From an uncultured Actinomycetes bacterium (GTDB taxonomy: Bacteria > Actinomycetota > Acidimicrobiia > IMCC26256 > JACDBD01), in assembly GCA_963781615.1 (NCBI GenBank), contig CAWAGI010000008.1:3939-67938 (forward strand): DNA of 64,000 nt, in the 5' to 3' direction. Of this stretch, positions 32,067 to 42,490 are shown piece after piece; the first letter of the stretch is position 1, and every line of letters begins with the position of its first letter. The notes under the pieces are model-generated. The model was not told the DNA's origin, did no database searches, and saw only the letters and a program-made list of their open reading frames with translations. The translations under genes and the position numbers were made by a program.

Positions 32067-33596
32067 CGTGCCGGCTCCGGAAGGCGGGGCCAGCCGGCCT
32101 CGTCGACGAGCAGGCGGGGCTCCCGGATGAGCAGGTGCGCCATGTCGTCGTACGCCTCGACCACCGGAGCCTCCCACCTCCGGCCCACGGGCTCGGCGCC
32201 GTCGGGCCCTCGCGAGCCGTCGACCGTTGCCGCTCGCGCGAGCAGGCCCGCGCGTTCGAGTCGGGACGTGAGGCGCATGACGTCGGCCTTCACCACTTCG
32301 AGCGGCGCGCCGTACTGCCGCGTCAGCCGACGGGCCACGCCACCCAGTGTCGCCGGGTGCTCGAACGACCTCCAGACGTCCGCGGCGCTGCCTGCCATCG
32401 CGTAGTACGTGCCGCGCTCGACATCGATGGCGACGACCTCGTTGTCGAGACGTTCGTGAACGATCCCGGGGGCGTTTCGCATCACGACGGAGTCGAGGCT
32501 CTCGTGCCCGAGCGACCGGTAGACGTCCGCATACGCGCACGCGCACGATACGACGTCGAATCGCACCGCCCGCCGGCGCGCCCGCTCGCACATGTCGTTC
32601 GTGCGCATGGGATCGGCGAGGAGCCGGTCGACGGCCGCCGCGAGCAGCGTCGGCGTCGTCCGGCGAGACGAGGAGCCCCGTGAGGCCGTCCTCGATCGTC
32701 TCCGGTAGCCCGCCGACCCGGGTGGCGACGACCGGGCGGCCCAGGTGCGCAGCCTCGAGTGCCACCAGCGAGAAGCCCTCGATCGTTCGCGACGGCACGA
32801 GCACCATCGATGCATGCGAGATCTCGCGCAGGATCTCCTCGCGCGGCAGGCTGCCGAGGAACCGCACACGCGACGCGATCCCGAGCCGTTGTGCCTGTGT
32901 CCGCAGGTTGTGCTCCTCTTCGCCGGTGCCGGCGAGGTGGAGCGACAGGCCCGGGCGGCGCCCCGTCAGGCGGCCGAGCGCCTCGATCGCGAGGTCGAAC
33001 CCCTTCTGGTCCTGGAGCCGACCGGCGGCGAACAGGTGGCCGGTCGGTGGCCACGGTGCGGAGTCGCTCGGCGCCTCGATCGCATTCGGAATTACTTGCA
33101 CCCGGTCGAGGTCGAGCTTCGGGACGGTTGCGGCAACCGACTCACGGACGCCGCTCGACACGGTCGTGACCACGTCGGCGGTCGCCAGCATGCGCTTCGT
33201 GACGCGGTTGAACAGGGCAGGCTCCTCGATGGTCCCGTGCACGCTGATGACGAGCGGGAGTGGAGCCCGTTGGTGGCGCCGCCACACGAAGAAGGTGTTG
33301 AAGTCGAGCCCGTGGACGTGCCGGAGCGTGACGCCATGCCGTGCTTCGATGTCACGGAGCCGACGCGTGACGTCGAGGATCGCGGCCGGATCGGGCGAGC
33401 GCGCCGCGGCGACGAATGGGAGGCGATACACCGGCACGCCGTCGACGGCGGAGGCCGCAGGCCCGTCGTCGTCGACCTCGGTCACGATCACCGGCTCGTA
33501 GCCCTGGTCCCGGAGCAGGGGCAGGGTGTGGCGAAGGAGCGTCTCGATGCCCCCGACGTGGGGGACGTAGCGGGTCGGGGCGATGAGGATGCTCAT
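32063..33596 (-). CDS. GT4 glycosyltransferase-PqqD/RRE fusion with leader-like tail (frameshift near 32650)
   Basis: YVPHVGGIET, GRLQDQKGFD, EGFSLVALEA; GT4 C-terminal helix (YADVYRSL) runs in frame into HERLDNEVVAIDVERGTYYAM...WEAPVVEAYDDMAHLLIREPRLLVDEAGWP. Confidence 0.82.
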
Positions 33597-33792
33597 GTGT
33601 GGGCCCCGTCGGGTCGGCGGCCTCCCAGCCGCTGCCGGCCGAATCCGGGAGGCATGGCGAGAGGTTAGGCGTCGCGGCTCATGCCGGACGGTTGACGACC
33701 TCGTTGCCTGCAATCCGTTGCCGGCGCCGGGGCGTACATCCTCGAAGCCAGCCTCTCGATGTGCGGGCGAGTTCAGCCGGGGGAGTTGAAAC

Positions 33793-34497
33793 ATGGGTCG
33801 ACGAGTGTTCGTGACCGGGGGGACCGGAGCGCTGGGCACCGCCGTGACGAAGCGGCTGCTCGAAGATGGTCATCGTGTCGCGGTCACGTGCCGGCACGAG
33901 GGGGAGGTCGCGGAGCTCAAGACCACGCTCCGCGACCTCGACGCCGATCTGGCGGTCATGGAGGCCGACGTCACCGATGAGGACTCGTTCGGGCGAGCGA
34001 TGGCGGAGTTTCACAACCAGCTCGGTTCGGTAGAGGTGCTCGTGCACCTGGTCGGTGCCTGGCACGGCGGAGAGCCGGTCCAGGACCAGTCGTTAGAGAC
34101 GTGGAGGCGTTTCACTGATCTCAACCTGACCTCGGCGTTCCTCTGCGCTCACGCCGTGCTCCCCGAGATGCTCGACGAGGGCTGGGGTCGCCTGGTCATG
34201 GTGTCGAGTCGCACGGCGAGGGAGGGCCGCAACGGCCAGTCGGCGTACACGGTGGCCAAGGAGGGCGTGGCGACGTTGGCGGAGGTGATCGCCGACGAGT
34301 GCTGCGGGAGCGGTGTCACTGCCAACACCATTGCGCCCTCGGTTCTCGACACTCCCGCCAACCGCGGCGCGATGCCGTCGGCCGACTTCACCCGATGGGT
34401 GCAACCGAGCGTGGCCGCGGCCGTCGTCGCCTTCCTGGTTTCCGAAGAGGCCGGTACGTTGCGCGGCGCGTGGCTGCCTGTGTTCGGGTCCGTCTGA
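33793..34497 (+). CDS. Short-chain dehydrogenase/reductase
   Basis: VTGGTGALG, YTVAK, PSVLDTPANR. Confidence 0.92.
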   Translation: MGRRVFVTGGTGALGTAVTKRLLEDGHRVAVTCRHEGEVAELKTTLRDLDADLAVMEADVTDEDSFGRAMAEFHNQLGSVEVLVHLVGAWHGGEPVQDQSLETWRRFTDLNLTSAFLCAHAVLPEMLDEGWGRLVMVSSRTAREGRNGQSAYTVAKEGVATLAEVIADECCGSGVTANTIAPSVLDTPANRGAMPSADFTRWVQPSVAAAVVAFLVSEEAGTLRGAWLPVFGSV

Positions 34498-34530
34498 CAC
34501 AGGGATGCGCCGCCGGCGCTGACGTGACGT

Positions 34531-34821
34531 CTACTCCCAGCGCTCGAAGCGCCGGGTGCGGCGTACGACGAAGCCCACGAGGACCAGCACGAGAATCGCC
34601 CCGATGATCGCGCCGATGACGCCGCCGAGATCGAACACGTCGGTGTCCCCGATGCCGAAGAGCCCGGTGAAGATGAGCCATCCGACGAGCGCGCCGACCA
34701 AGCCGAGCACGATCGTCACGACCCATGACCTCCAACCCCGGATGCGCTCGAACGCGTCGTTGGGGATCACCAATCGAGCCACTCCGCCGGCGACGAGGCC
34801 GAGGATGAGCGCACCGATCAC
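34531..34821 (-). CDS. GlsB/YeaQ/YmgE (transglycosylase-associated) membrane protein
   Basis: ILGLVAGGVARLVIP, TIVLGLVGALVG, IGAIIGAILVL; GGAGG RBS. Confidence 0.9.
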   Translation of the reverse strand: MIGALILGLVAGGVARLVIPNDAFERIRGWRSWVVTIVLGLVGALVGWLIFTGLFGIGDTDVFDLGGVIGAIIGAILVLVLVGFVVRRTRRFERWE

Positions 34822-34981
34822 AGTTCCTCCTTCGACTGGGACGCTCTTGCTCTCGTCGGTACCCGGCGCCGCGGCGAAGTAACCGCAGACGTTGCCGCGC
34901 GGCGCGCGCAACGTCACATCTCCGACCAAATTGCGCGTACCACTCGAGCAAGCGGCGGCGGAGCGGCCGCGGCTGTCGCGC

Positions 34982-36152
34982 CTACGACCCCTCGGCGGCA
35001 GAGATCATCTTGTCGTAGGTGCCGAGGACCTTCCCGGCGTAGCCGCCGTCCGACGCCCACTTGCCGCCGCCCATCGCCCGCCACGTCGTTGCCGAGCCCG
35101 TGCCGCCGAAGCTGGCGTACTTGCTCGCCGCCGTCATCGGGTCGGGGCCCCACCAGTAGGGCGAAGCCGGGTTCACGAGCGCACCGCCGCCCGCGTACGC
35201 CTTCAACAACTGCATCTGCGCGCGGATCCCGTCGAGCGCGGTCGGGAAGCGGTTCTGACCCCCGCAGCCGTCGCAGGCGCCGAGGCCGGAGAAGTTGTTG
35301 TCGCTGCCGCCGGCGCTGAACCCGCCGGTCTCGATGTACGCCTGCGCGAACGCGACGTCGCCGCGCACGTTCTCGGTGGTGCCTTCGTCGACGAAGATCT
35401 GAGCGATCTGCTCGAGCGTCATGCTGCCCGACAGCCGGGGTGAGGACCCGGTCGTTCGGAGCCACGCCGCCATCTCGGTCGCGTTGAGCACGGTCGGGCC
35501 CATGATGGGATCGCCCGCGGCGCGCATCGGCGCGAGCTTCTCTTCGATCTCTATGGCGCGTTGTGCCTTGGCGACCCTGTCCGCGGACTCCGCCTTCTCC
35601 TTCTCGAAGCGGGGGACGTCCTCGTCGAGCTCGCTGCGCCTCTGCTCGAGGTCGTCCTGTGCCTGTTGCTGCTTGTCCGCCGTCTCGTGCAGCTGCTCGG
35701 CCTGCTGCTCGTAGAACTTGTCGGCGTACTCACTGAACTTCGTCCTGCGCCCGGCTTCCATCGGGTCGGTGGTGCTCAGGGCCTCGAGACCGCTCGCGTC
35801 GGGGTTCTTGTACAGGGCGATCGCCCGCCGGACGACCTCCGAGCGCAACGCCGCTTCCTGCGCCCGCGTCGAGGAGATCGTCTGCTGCAACTCGGCGAGC
35901 CGGACGTCTGCCGCGTTGCGTTCGTTGACGGCCTGGTCGTAGCGACCTTGCGCGGCGGCGGCGTCGTCCTGCGCCTGCGCCAGCCGCTGGCGGACACGGG
36001 CGACGGGATCCGCCTGTGACCCCGGCCGCCGGCGTGAACGCCGGCAACGCGATCAACACCACGCTGAACAGCGCGGCGAAGCCGAGCGCTGTGCGCACCG
36101 ACCGCCGGCGCACACGCGAGCTCCAATGAGGTGAGGCGAGGACGCGTTCCAT
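34982..36152 (-). CDS. Secreted coiled-coil plus glucosaminidase-domain peptidoglycan hydrolase (frameshifts near 35920-36010)
   Basis: Signal peptide, PcsB-like coiled coil, AFAQAYIETG, NNFSGLG, WASDGGYAGKV. Confidence 0.8.
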
Positions 36153-36431
36153 CAGGGATGTGTCGACCGCTAGGCCGGTATCGATGACGGGCGCCGCTCA
36201 GATCCCGCTCCGCCTACGGGCGCCGCCAGCCGGGGACGCTAACACCCGGCCGCCGCTCGCTTCCACGGGGCCGGGCCACCCCTTGGCGGGCCCGGGCGGC
36301 CCGGCCCCCGGCGACGCCGCGAGTCCGGAATGCGACGCATCCACCAGATCGCCTGGGCCCACACCTACGCTCGATTCGCCGTGTTGGTGGATCGGCCGTC
36401 CGGATCGAGGGCGGCCCGGAGGGGAGAAGGA

Positions 36432-36839
36432 ATGGCTACAGAGAGCTATCAGAAGGGCGAGGGCTGGCTGCTCTTCGCCTTCGTGATCCTGGTGATCGTC
36501 GGCTTCTTCAACGCCGTGCTGGGCCTGACCATGATCGCCGGGGACAACATCTACGTGACCGCCCGGGACTCCGGGACCGTCGTGATCGGCAACGTCGACG
36601 GGTGGGGCTGGGTCATCCTCATCCTCGGCATCTTCGAGGTCATCGCCGGGTTCGGAGTGCTGGCCCGGAGCCAGCTCTCCCGCTGGTTCGGCATCATCAT
36701 GGCCACGCTCGCGGCCCTCGGCCACCTGCCGGTGCTCTTCGGACCGAAGCCCGTCTACTCCTTCCTGGTGGTGCTGATGTCCGTGCTGGTCATCTACGGC
36801 CTCGCGGAGTACGGCGGAAGGGACCGCGTCGCGGCCTGA
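36432..36839 (+). CDS. 4-TM actinobacterial membrane protein (DUF7144-like)
   Basis: GWLLFA, GFFNAVLGL, WGWVILILG, SRWFGI; AAGGA RBS. Confidence 0.85.
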   Translation: MATESYQKGEGWLLFAFVILVIVGFFNAVLGLTMIAGDNIYVTARDSGTVVIGNVDGWGWVILILGIFEVIAGFGVLARSQLSRWFGIIMATLAALGHLPVLFGPKPVYSFLVVLMSVLVIYGLAEYGGRDRVAA

Positions 36840-36916
36840 AACACGTGAACGACCCGGAACCGGGCGGCTCTCGCATCGGGGGCCGCCCGCTCCGCGTCTC
36901 GCGGGGGATGAAGGCC

Positions 36917-36946
36917 TTGACGTGCGAACGTATGTTCGTCTAGGTT
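36917..36946 (+). promoter_or_regulatory. Promoter with LexA SOS box
   Basis: TTGACG (36917) and TAGGTT (36941) flank CGAACGTATGTTCG (36925-36938). Confidence 0.85.
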
Positions 36947-37000
36947 CATGGGGCACTCCCCACCGCTTCCCCCCGTCCGTTCGTTCGTGCCGGAGGAAGC

Positions 37001-38170
37001 GTGTTCGGGTTCGAGAAGGTCCGCAGCGCTGTCGACGCTCTGAAGGCGACGGCACACGCGCTCGACGCCGCCCGTATCGACGGCCACGACGCCGACCGCG
37101 CTCTTCGACGCTGTCAGCGAGGGCGAGCGCGTGTGCGGCGCCATGAAGGCTCTCTTTGGCCCGACGCATCGAGGAGACGAAGGTCTGGCGGGAGTCCGGG
37201 CATCGAAGCGCCGCACACTGGGTCGCGGAAGCGACGGGCGAGACCGTCGGCGCCGCGTCCCGGACGCTCGAGACGGCGCGGGCGTTGGACGCGCTGCCCG
37301 AGACCGATGCCGCGTTCCGTGCCGGCAGGCTGTCACCGACACAAGCAGCGGAGATCGCCAGCGCCGCCGGCGCCGATCCCGCTGCGGAGTCGGAGCTGCT
37401 CGACGCCGCCGGTGGCACGAGCGTGAAGGGTCTGCGCGACCGCTGTCGGCAGGTGCGCGCCGGCGCCGAGGCCGACGATCGGGCGTGGGCGCGCCGCCTG
37501 CACCTCGAGCGGCGCGCGCACTCTTGGAACGATCCCGAGGGCTTCTACCGCGTCGAGGCCCGGCTGGCGCCCGACGCGGGCGCCCGATTCAGCTCAGCGT
37601 GGCAGGCGCACGTCGACCGCATCTTCCGCGACGCGCGCCGGGCCGGTGTCCGCGAGCCGAGCGCCGCGTACGCGGCGGACGCGCTCGTGGCGCTCGCAAC
37701 CGAAGGCCCCTGCAAGCCGGTCGAGGTGCGCGTGACCGTCGACAGCGCCGCGCTCGCCCGCGGGCACACCGAACCGGGTGAGCGCTGCGAGATCGATCGG
37801 GTCGGCCGCGTACCCGTCACGACGGCGCGGGCGATGCTCGACGACGCGTCAGTCGGGGTGCTGGTGCGCGACGGCGACGAGATCACCGCGGTTTCGTCGC
37901 CCAAGCGCACGATCCCGATCAAGCTGCGGCGCGCGCTCGAGGCCGGTTTCCCGGTCTGCGGCGTGAAAGGGTGCGCCAACGACCGGTTCCTGCAGATCGA
38001 CCACGTCGTGCCGCTGGAAGACGGGGGCGAGACCAAACGTGCACAACACGTGGCGGATCTGCTCCCATCACCACTCCTTGAAGACGTACGACGGCTGGAG
38101 GGTGGTCGGGCAGCCCGGCAACTGGGACCTCGTCCCACCCGATGATCCCGACCCGCCGCCGTCAGGCGAC
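37001..38170 (+). CDS. DUF222 / HNH endonuclease (13E12-repeat family), frameshifted near 37100-37160 and 38040; 3' end approximate
   Basis: WRESGHRSAAHW, ADALVAL, RTIPIKLRRAL, CGVKGC..LQIDHVVPLEDGGET..NTWRICSHHH. Confidence 0.85.
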
Positions 38171-38192
38171 GAGCGACGCGATGCGACGGGGC

Positions 38193-38930
38193 TCAGGCGG
38201 CGGCGCGGCCGGGCCGCGCGTCCGCACCCACCGCCACCGATCCACGACTCTCCCGATGGTGCTCGGCGAACTCGTCGCACGCAGCCGGATGCGTCGTGGT
38301 CGTGACGAGCCAGCCGCACGAGCAGCGGGCCGACCAGCGCCGGCCGAGCCCGTCGCCGAGAGAGAAAGAATTGACACGGGCGTGATGGGCGACTCGGGGC
38401 TCGGAGGCGTCGTCCCGCTCGGGCGGCGTCAACTCCAGCGGGCGAGTCAGCTGGAAGTACTCGAACGCACTGCGAGGAAGCTGCTCGAGGCCGCCGTCGG
38501 CGCGTCGTACCCAGTGCACTCCGCCGCAATCCGTGAACGCCATTTCGATGCCGAGGCGCGAGTACATGCCGTTCCAGCCGCCGTCGACGCACACCCGCCA
38601 GCGGCCGGGCGGGATCACCCCGACTCTGATTCGCCATCCGCCGCGCGACGGCGAGATGTCCTCGCCGCGCGTCGGACCGGATCCGTCGATGAACACGAAC
38701 GTGACGACTGCGTCGTAGACCGGCTCGTCGGAGTGGTTGAGCAACGCCACCGGTTGCGGGTCGGCGCTCGGCTCCGGCCATCCGGAAACGTGCTCGGCCT
38801 GGGCGCGACGTTCGACGTCCGCGCGCATGCGTCGTTCGTGGCGAACCTGTCGCACCGCGATGAACACCGACGTCAGCCAGCCCGCCGCCGCGAGCAACGC
38901 CAGTGCTGCAACCCACCAGTACTCGGGCAC
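38193..38930 (-). CDS. Hypothetical protein with N-terminal TM
   Basis: Open frame; NHSDEPVYD, FTDCGGVHWVRRADGGL; C-terminal CSCGW. Confidence 0.55.
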   Translation of the reverse strand: MPEYWWVAALALLAAAGWLTSVFIAVRQVRHERRMRADVERRAQAEHVSGWPEPSADPQPVALLNHSDEPVYDAVVTFVFIDGSGPTRGEDISPSRGGWRIRVGVIPPGRWRVCVDGGWNGMYSRLGIEMAFTDCGGVHWVRRADGGLEQLPRSAFEYFQLTRPLELTPPERDDASEPRVAHHARVNSFSLGDGLGRRWSARCSCGWLVTTTTHPAACDEFAEHHRESRGSVAVGADARPGRAAA

Positions 38931-38988
38931 GGTGCAATCCTGACCGAACGCATCTGCCGAACGGTGGATCTCCCGCGAGCCTTGATGC

Positions 38989-39348
38989 ATGAGTGACGTG
39001 CCGGCCACGCAGCGTGGCCTCGTCGTCGTGACCACGGACGCGCGTCCCGACCTGTGGGAGCAGGCCGAGCCCGCGTTTCACGACGTCTGGCCCGAGTACA
39101 ACCAGCACGGCGACGTAGCCGGCGAGTACTTCGGCGCGCTCGTGCCGTAGCACGTGCAGCTGCAGTTCCTGATCTGGGACACCGATCACCGGATCGGTCG
39201 ACGAGTGGGCGGATTGGACGGGCCTCGAGTTTCCGGGCGACGGCGACGACGTCCTCCCCGGCGGTCTCGCTCCCCTCGAGGTGCGCGACGGGACGGCCGC
39301 TACTGGGAGCCGAACGTCTGGATGCTCCATCGCGTCGAGCGGCGCTAG
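38989..39348 (+). pseudogene. GNAT-like acetyltransferase remnant with in-frame stop and large internal deletion
   Basis: VWPEYNQHGDVAGEYFGALVP*..QFLIWD joined to [35 protein letters not shown]. Confidence 0.7.
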
Positions 39349-39358
39349 CGTCCGCGGT

Positions 39359-40447
39359 ATGGCGAGTGAGGTGCGCGGCGTCATCGCGCCGGGCAAGGGC
39401 GAACCCGTGCGCATCGAGACGGTCGTCGTGCCCGACCCCGGCCCGGGCGAGGTGCTCGTCTCGGTGCAGGCGTGCGGCGTCTGCCACACCGACCTCCACT
39501 ACCGCGAAGGCGGCATCGGCGACGACTTCCCGTACTTCCTCGGCCACGAGGCCGCGGGCACCGTCGACGCCGTGGGTGCCGACGTCACCGTGGTCGCACC
39601 GGGCGACTTCGTCGTCCTCAACTGGCGCGCCGTGTGCGGTGAGTGCCGGGCGTGCCGTCGGGGCAAGCCCTGGTACTGCTTCGCGACGCACAACGCCACG
39701 CAGTCCATGACACTCGACGACGGGACCACGCTCTCACCGGCGCTCGGGATCGGCGCGTTCGCCGAGAAGACGCTCGTCGCCGCGGGGCAGGCGACGAAGG
39801 TGAACCCGTCGGCTCGCCCCGAAGCCGCCGGCCTGCTCGGGTGCGGGGTGATGGCGGGCTTCGGCGCGGCGGTGAACACCGGTGGCGTCCAGCGCGACGA
39901 CACCGTGGCGGTGTTCGGCTGCGGCGGTGTCGGCGACGCCGCGATCGCCGGGGCGAGCCTCGTCGGCGCGCGCACGATCATCGCCGTCGACACGGACGCT
40001 CGGAAGCTCGAGTGGGCGCGCGGGTTCGGCGCGACGCACACCGTGGACGCGTCGAAGGAAGACGCGGTCGAGCGCATCCGGGAGCTCACCGACGGCAACG
40101 GTGCCGACATCTGCATCGAGGCGGTCGGCCGGCCCGAAGTGCTCCAGCAGGCGTTCTACGCGCGCGACCTTGCGGGAACGGTCGTGCAGGTCGGCGTCCC
40201 CACCCCGGACATGGCGCTCCCCGACATCCCGATGATCGACTTCTTCGGCCGAGGGGGCGCGCTCAAGCCGTCCTGGTACGGCGACTGCCTGCCGAGCCGT
40301 GACTTCCCGCTGCTCGTCGACCTGTACCTGCAGGGCCGCTTCAACCTCGACGGGTTCGTGTCCGAGACGATCGGCCTCGACGACGTGGAGGACGCCTTCC
40401 ACAAGATGGAGCGGGGCGAGGTGCTGCGCTCCGTCGTCGTCCTCTAG
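39359..40447 (+). CDS. mscR: S-(hydroxymethyl)mycothiol dehydrogenase / S-nitrosomycothiol reductase
   Basis: [54 protein letters not shown]. Confidence 0.93.
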   Translation: MASEVRGVIAPGKGEPVRIETVVVPDPGPGEVLVSVQACGVCHTDLHYREGGIGDDFPYFLGHEAAGTVDAVGADVTVVAPGDFVVLNWRAVCGECRACRRGKPWYCFATHNATQSMTLDDGTTLSPALGIGAFAEKTLVAAGQATKVNPSARPEAAGLLGCGVMAGFGAAVNTGGVQRDDTVAVFGCGGVGDAAIAGASLVGARTIIAVDTDARKLEWARGFGATHTVDASKEDAVERIRELTDGNGADICIEAVGRPEVLQQAFYARDLAGTVVQVGVPTPDMALPDIPMIDFFGRGGALKPSWYGDCLPSRDFPLLVDLYLQGRFNLDGFVSETIGLDDVEDAFHKMERGEVLRSVVVL

Positions 40448-40458
40448 CGGAACCGGAA

Positions 40459-41082
40459 CTGAGGATCGAGCATGTCACGACGACCGGGGTCTTCTCGCTC
40501 GACGGCCAGGACTTCGACGTCGAGAACAACATCTGGCTCATCGGCGACGACCACGAGGTCCTCGTCGTCGACGCCGCCCACGACGCCGCGCCCATCGCCG
40601 CCGCCGTCGGCGACCGCTCGGTCCGGGCCATCCTGTGCACCCACGGGCACAACGACCACATCAACGCCGCCGATGCGCTGTCGCGGGCGACCGGCGGCGC
40701 GCCCGTCCTCCTCCACCCCGACGACGAGATGCTGTGGGACGTCGTCTATCCCGATCGGAAGCCCGACGATGCCGTGCGCGACGGCGACGAGCTCGAGGTC
40801 GCCGGCGAGCGTCTTCGGATCGTGCACACGCCCGGTCACAGCCCCGGTGGTGTGTGCCTCCTCGGCCCCGACGGGCACGTGTTCGGCGGGGACACGCTGT
40901 TCAACGGCGGCCCGGGCGCGACCGGCCGCTCGTACTCCGACTTCCCGACGATCATCGAGTCGATCCGCGACCGGCTGCTCGTGCTCCCGGACGACACGAC
41001 GGTGCACACCGGCCACGGGGACTCCACGACCATCGGCGCCGAGGCACCGCACCTCGACGAATGGATCGCGCGCGGGCACTGA
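40459..41082 (+). CDS. MBL-fold metallo-hydrolase (mscR partner, Rv2260-like); no canonical start codon
   Basis: GVFSLDGQDFDVENNIW, THGHNDH, HTPGHSPG, GDTLF, GPGATGRSYSDF. Confidence 0.88.
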   Translation: MRIEHVTTTGVFSLDGQDFDVENNIWLIGDDHEVLVVDAAHDAAPIAAAVGDRSVRAILCTHGHNDHINAADALSRATGGAPVLLHPDDEMLWDVVYPDRKPDDAVRDGDELEVAGERLRIVHTPGHSPGGVCLLGPDGHVFGGDTLFNGGPGATGRSYSDFPTIIESIRDRLLVLPDDTTVHTGHGDSTTIGAEAPHLDEWIARGH

Positions 41083-41086
41083 CGAG

Positions 41087-41752
41087 CTACGTGGCGCGTA
41101 CTTCGCCCGTGAGCACTCGACGGCCCGAGGAAGTCTGGTCGTTGTCGGGTGCCTCGATCGTCACGGTGAGGGTCGGGAAGTCCTTCGGGGAGACGCCGGA
41201 CCACAGCGTGACGCGCCCGTCGCTCGAGCTGAATGTTCCGATCGGCACGAGGGCGCCGGCGGAGTTCTTCAGCCACGCCTGGTAGAACTCGCCGCCCCGC
41301 AGCGCGGGGAGATGCTCGGCGTACAGCTCGATCTCGAAGCCGGCGTCGTTGTGTGTGATGTCGGCAGACGCGTGGGCACGCGGCGCCGATCCCGTCGCGG
41401 TGAGCTTTGCTTGGTAGTCGGGACTCGTACCACCTCGCGTCACCAGCACGGTCGTGACGACGGTTGCGATCACCGCCGCGGCCGCGACTGACACGAGCAC
41501 TCGTGGCCACCGACGACTCCGCGCCTGACGGCGCGCGACGGGTGTCGGCGGCTTCGCGGTGGTCGCGTCGGTATCGGCGACGGCGCGCACGACTGCGTCC
41601 TCGAGCCCGGGGTCCGGTTCGGCCCACGTCGAGGAGTCGGAGAGGACCTCTGCCAACAGCGGCAGCTCGGCGGCCTCCCGCGACTCGAGCGCGCCGTCCC
41701 GCCCGTCGGCGATCAACTTCTCCCGCTCTTCGTTCGTCGGCCGGTCAGTCAT
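41087..41752 (-). CDS. Anti-sigma factor (RskA-like)
   Basis: TM helix, FYQAWL, PIGTF, LTVTIEAPD; ATGA overlap with the sigma gene. Confidence 0.85.
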   Translation of the reverse strand: MTDRPTNEEREKLIADGRDGALESREAAELPLLAEVLSDSSTWAEPDPGLEDAVVRAVADTDATTAKPPTPVARRQARSRRWPRVLVSVAAAAVIATVVTTVLVTRGGTSPDYQAKLTATGSAPRAHASADITHNDAGFEIELYAEHLPALRGGEFYQAWLKNSAGALVPIGTFSSSDGRVTLWSGVSPKDFPTLTVTIEAPDNDQTSSGRRVLTGEVRAT

Positions 41753-42347
41753 GAGGCACCTCCCGGAGGTGGCCCAGCAGCGCAGCAAGCTTCTGATGCG
41801 CCCGATGTGATCTCGACTTGACTGTTCCCAATGCGATGCCGAGCTTCTCGGAGATCTCGCTGTGCGTGAGGCCGTCGAGATGTTGCAAGCGGACGACCGT
41901 TGCTTCGTCGCGGCGGAAGAGCGTCGATTGCGCGCCGCACGTGCCACACGGCGTCTAGTACGTCGAGGTCCGGAGGCAGGCTCACGAGTGCGGGGTCGTC
42001 TGCGTTGACATCGTTGAGCGCGGTTGCCGGTCTGCGTGCTTCGCGTCGGTAGACATCGATGGCGGAGCGCTTCGCGATCGTCGCCAGCCAGCCCGCGGAT
42101 CGCGTTCGACGTCGATCCGATCGGCCGCCTGCCACGCACGCACGAAGGTCTGCTGCGCCGCCTCCTCGGCCAGGTCGTGGTGGCCGAGCACACGGTGCGC
42201 CACCGCGTATACGAGGCGTCCGTACTGGCTGTACATGGCTCGGACGCCGCTGGCTTCACGTCGCCGAAACGCGGCGAGGACGGACTGGTCCACGCGTGGA
42301 GACGCTACGACGGACGGCGCGCAGGCACGCAATGACTGCGTCGGCAT
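41749..42347 (-). CDS. ECF RNA polymerase sigma factor (SigK-like), two frameshifts
   Basis: LVYAVAHRVL, AEEAAQQTFVRAW, WLATIAKRSAIDVYR; region 4 GLTHSEISEKLGIALGTVKSR. Confidence 0.88.
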
Positions 42348-42490
42348 GGACCGCTTCTCGACTCGACCGATATCTCGCACATGGGGACTCACTGTCAGTA
42401 CGGCGGCGGCGCCGATTCGGTTCGCGAACCATCTCGAGGCCCTGCGTCGTACCGACGATGAACGATCCCCCCGAGTCCAGGAGTCACGCA

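Noticed and set aside
23094-33596. Canonical lasso peptide or PQQ biosynthesis cluster
   Set aside because: No cyclase, B2 peptidase, radical SAM enzyme, pqqB/C/E or standalone precursor seen.
31026-33839. 937-aa GT4-kinase fusion ORF
   Set aside because: The middle is out-of-frame Arg-rich sequence caused by the 32650 frameshift; the kinase has its own ATGA-coupled start at 32066.
39146-39152. In-frame TAG as pyrrolysine or readthrough
   Set aside because: The gene is also internally deleted and no pyl machinery is visible; a nonsense mutation is simpler.
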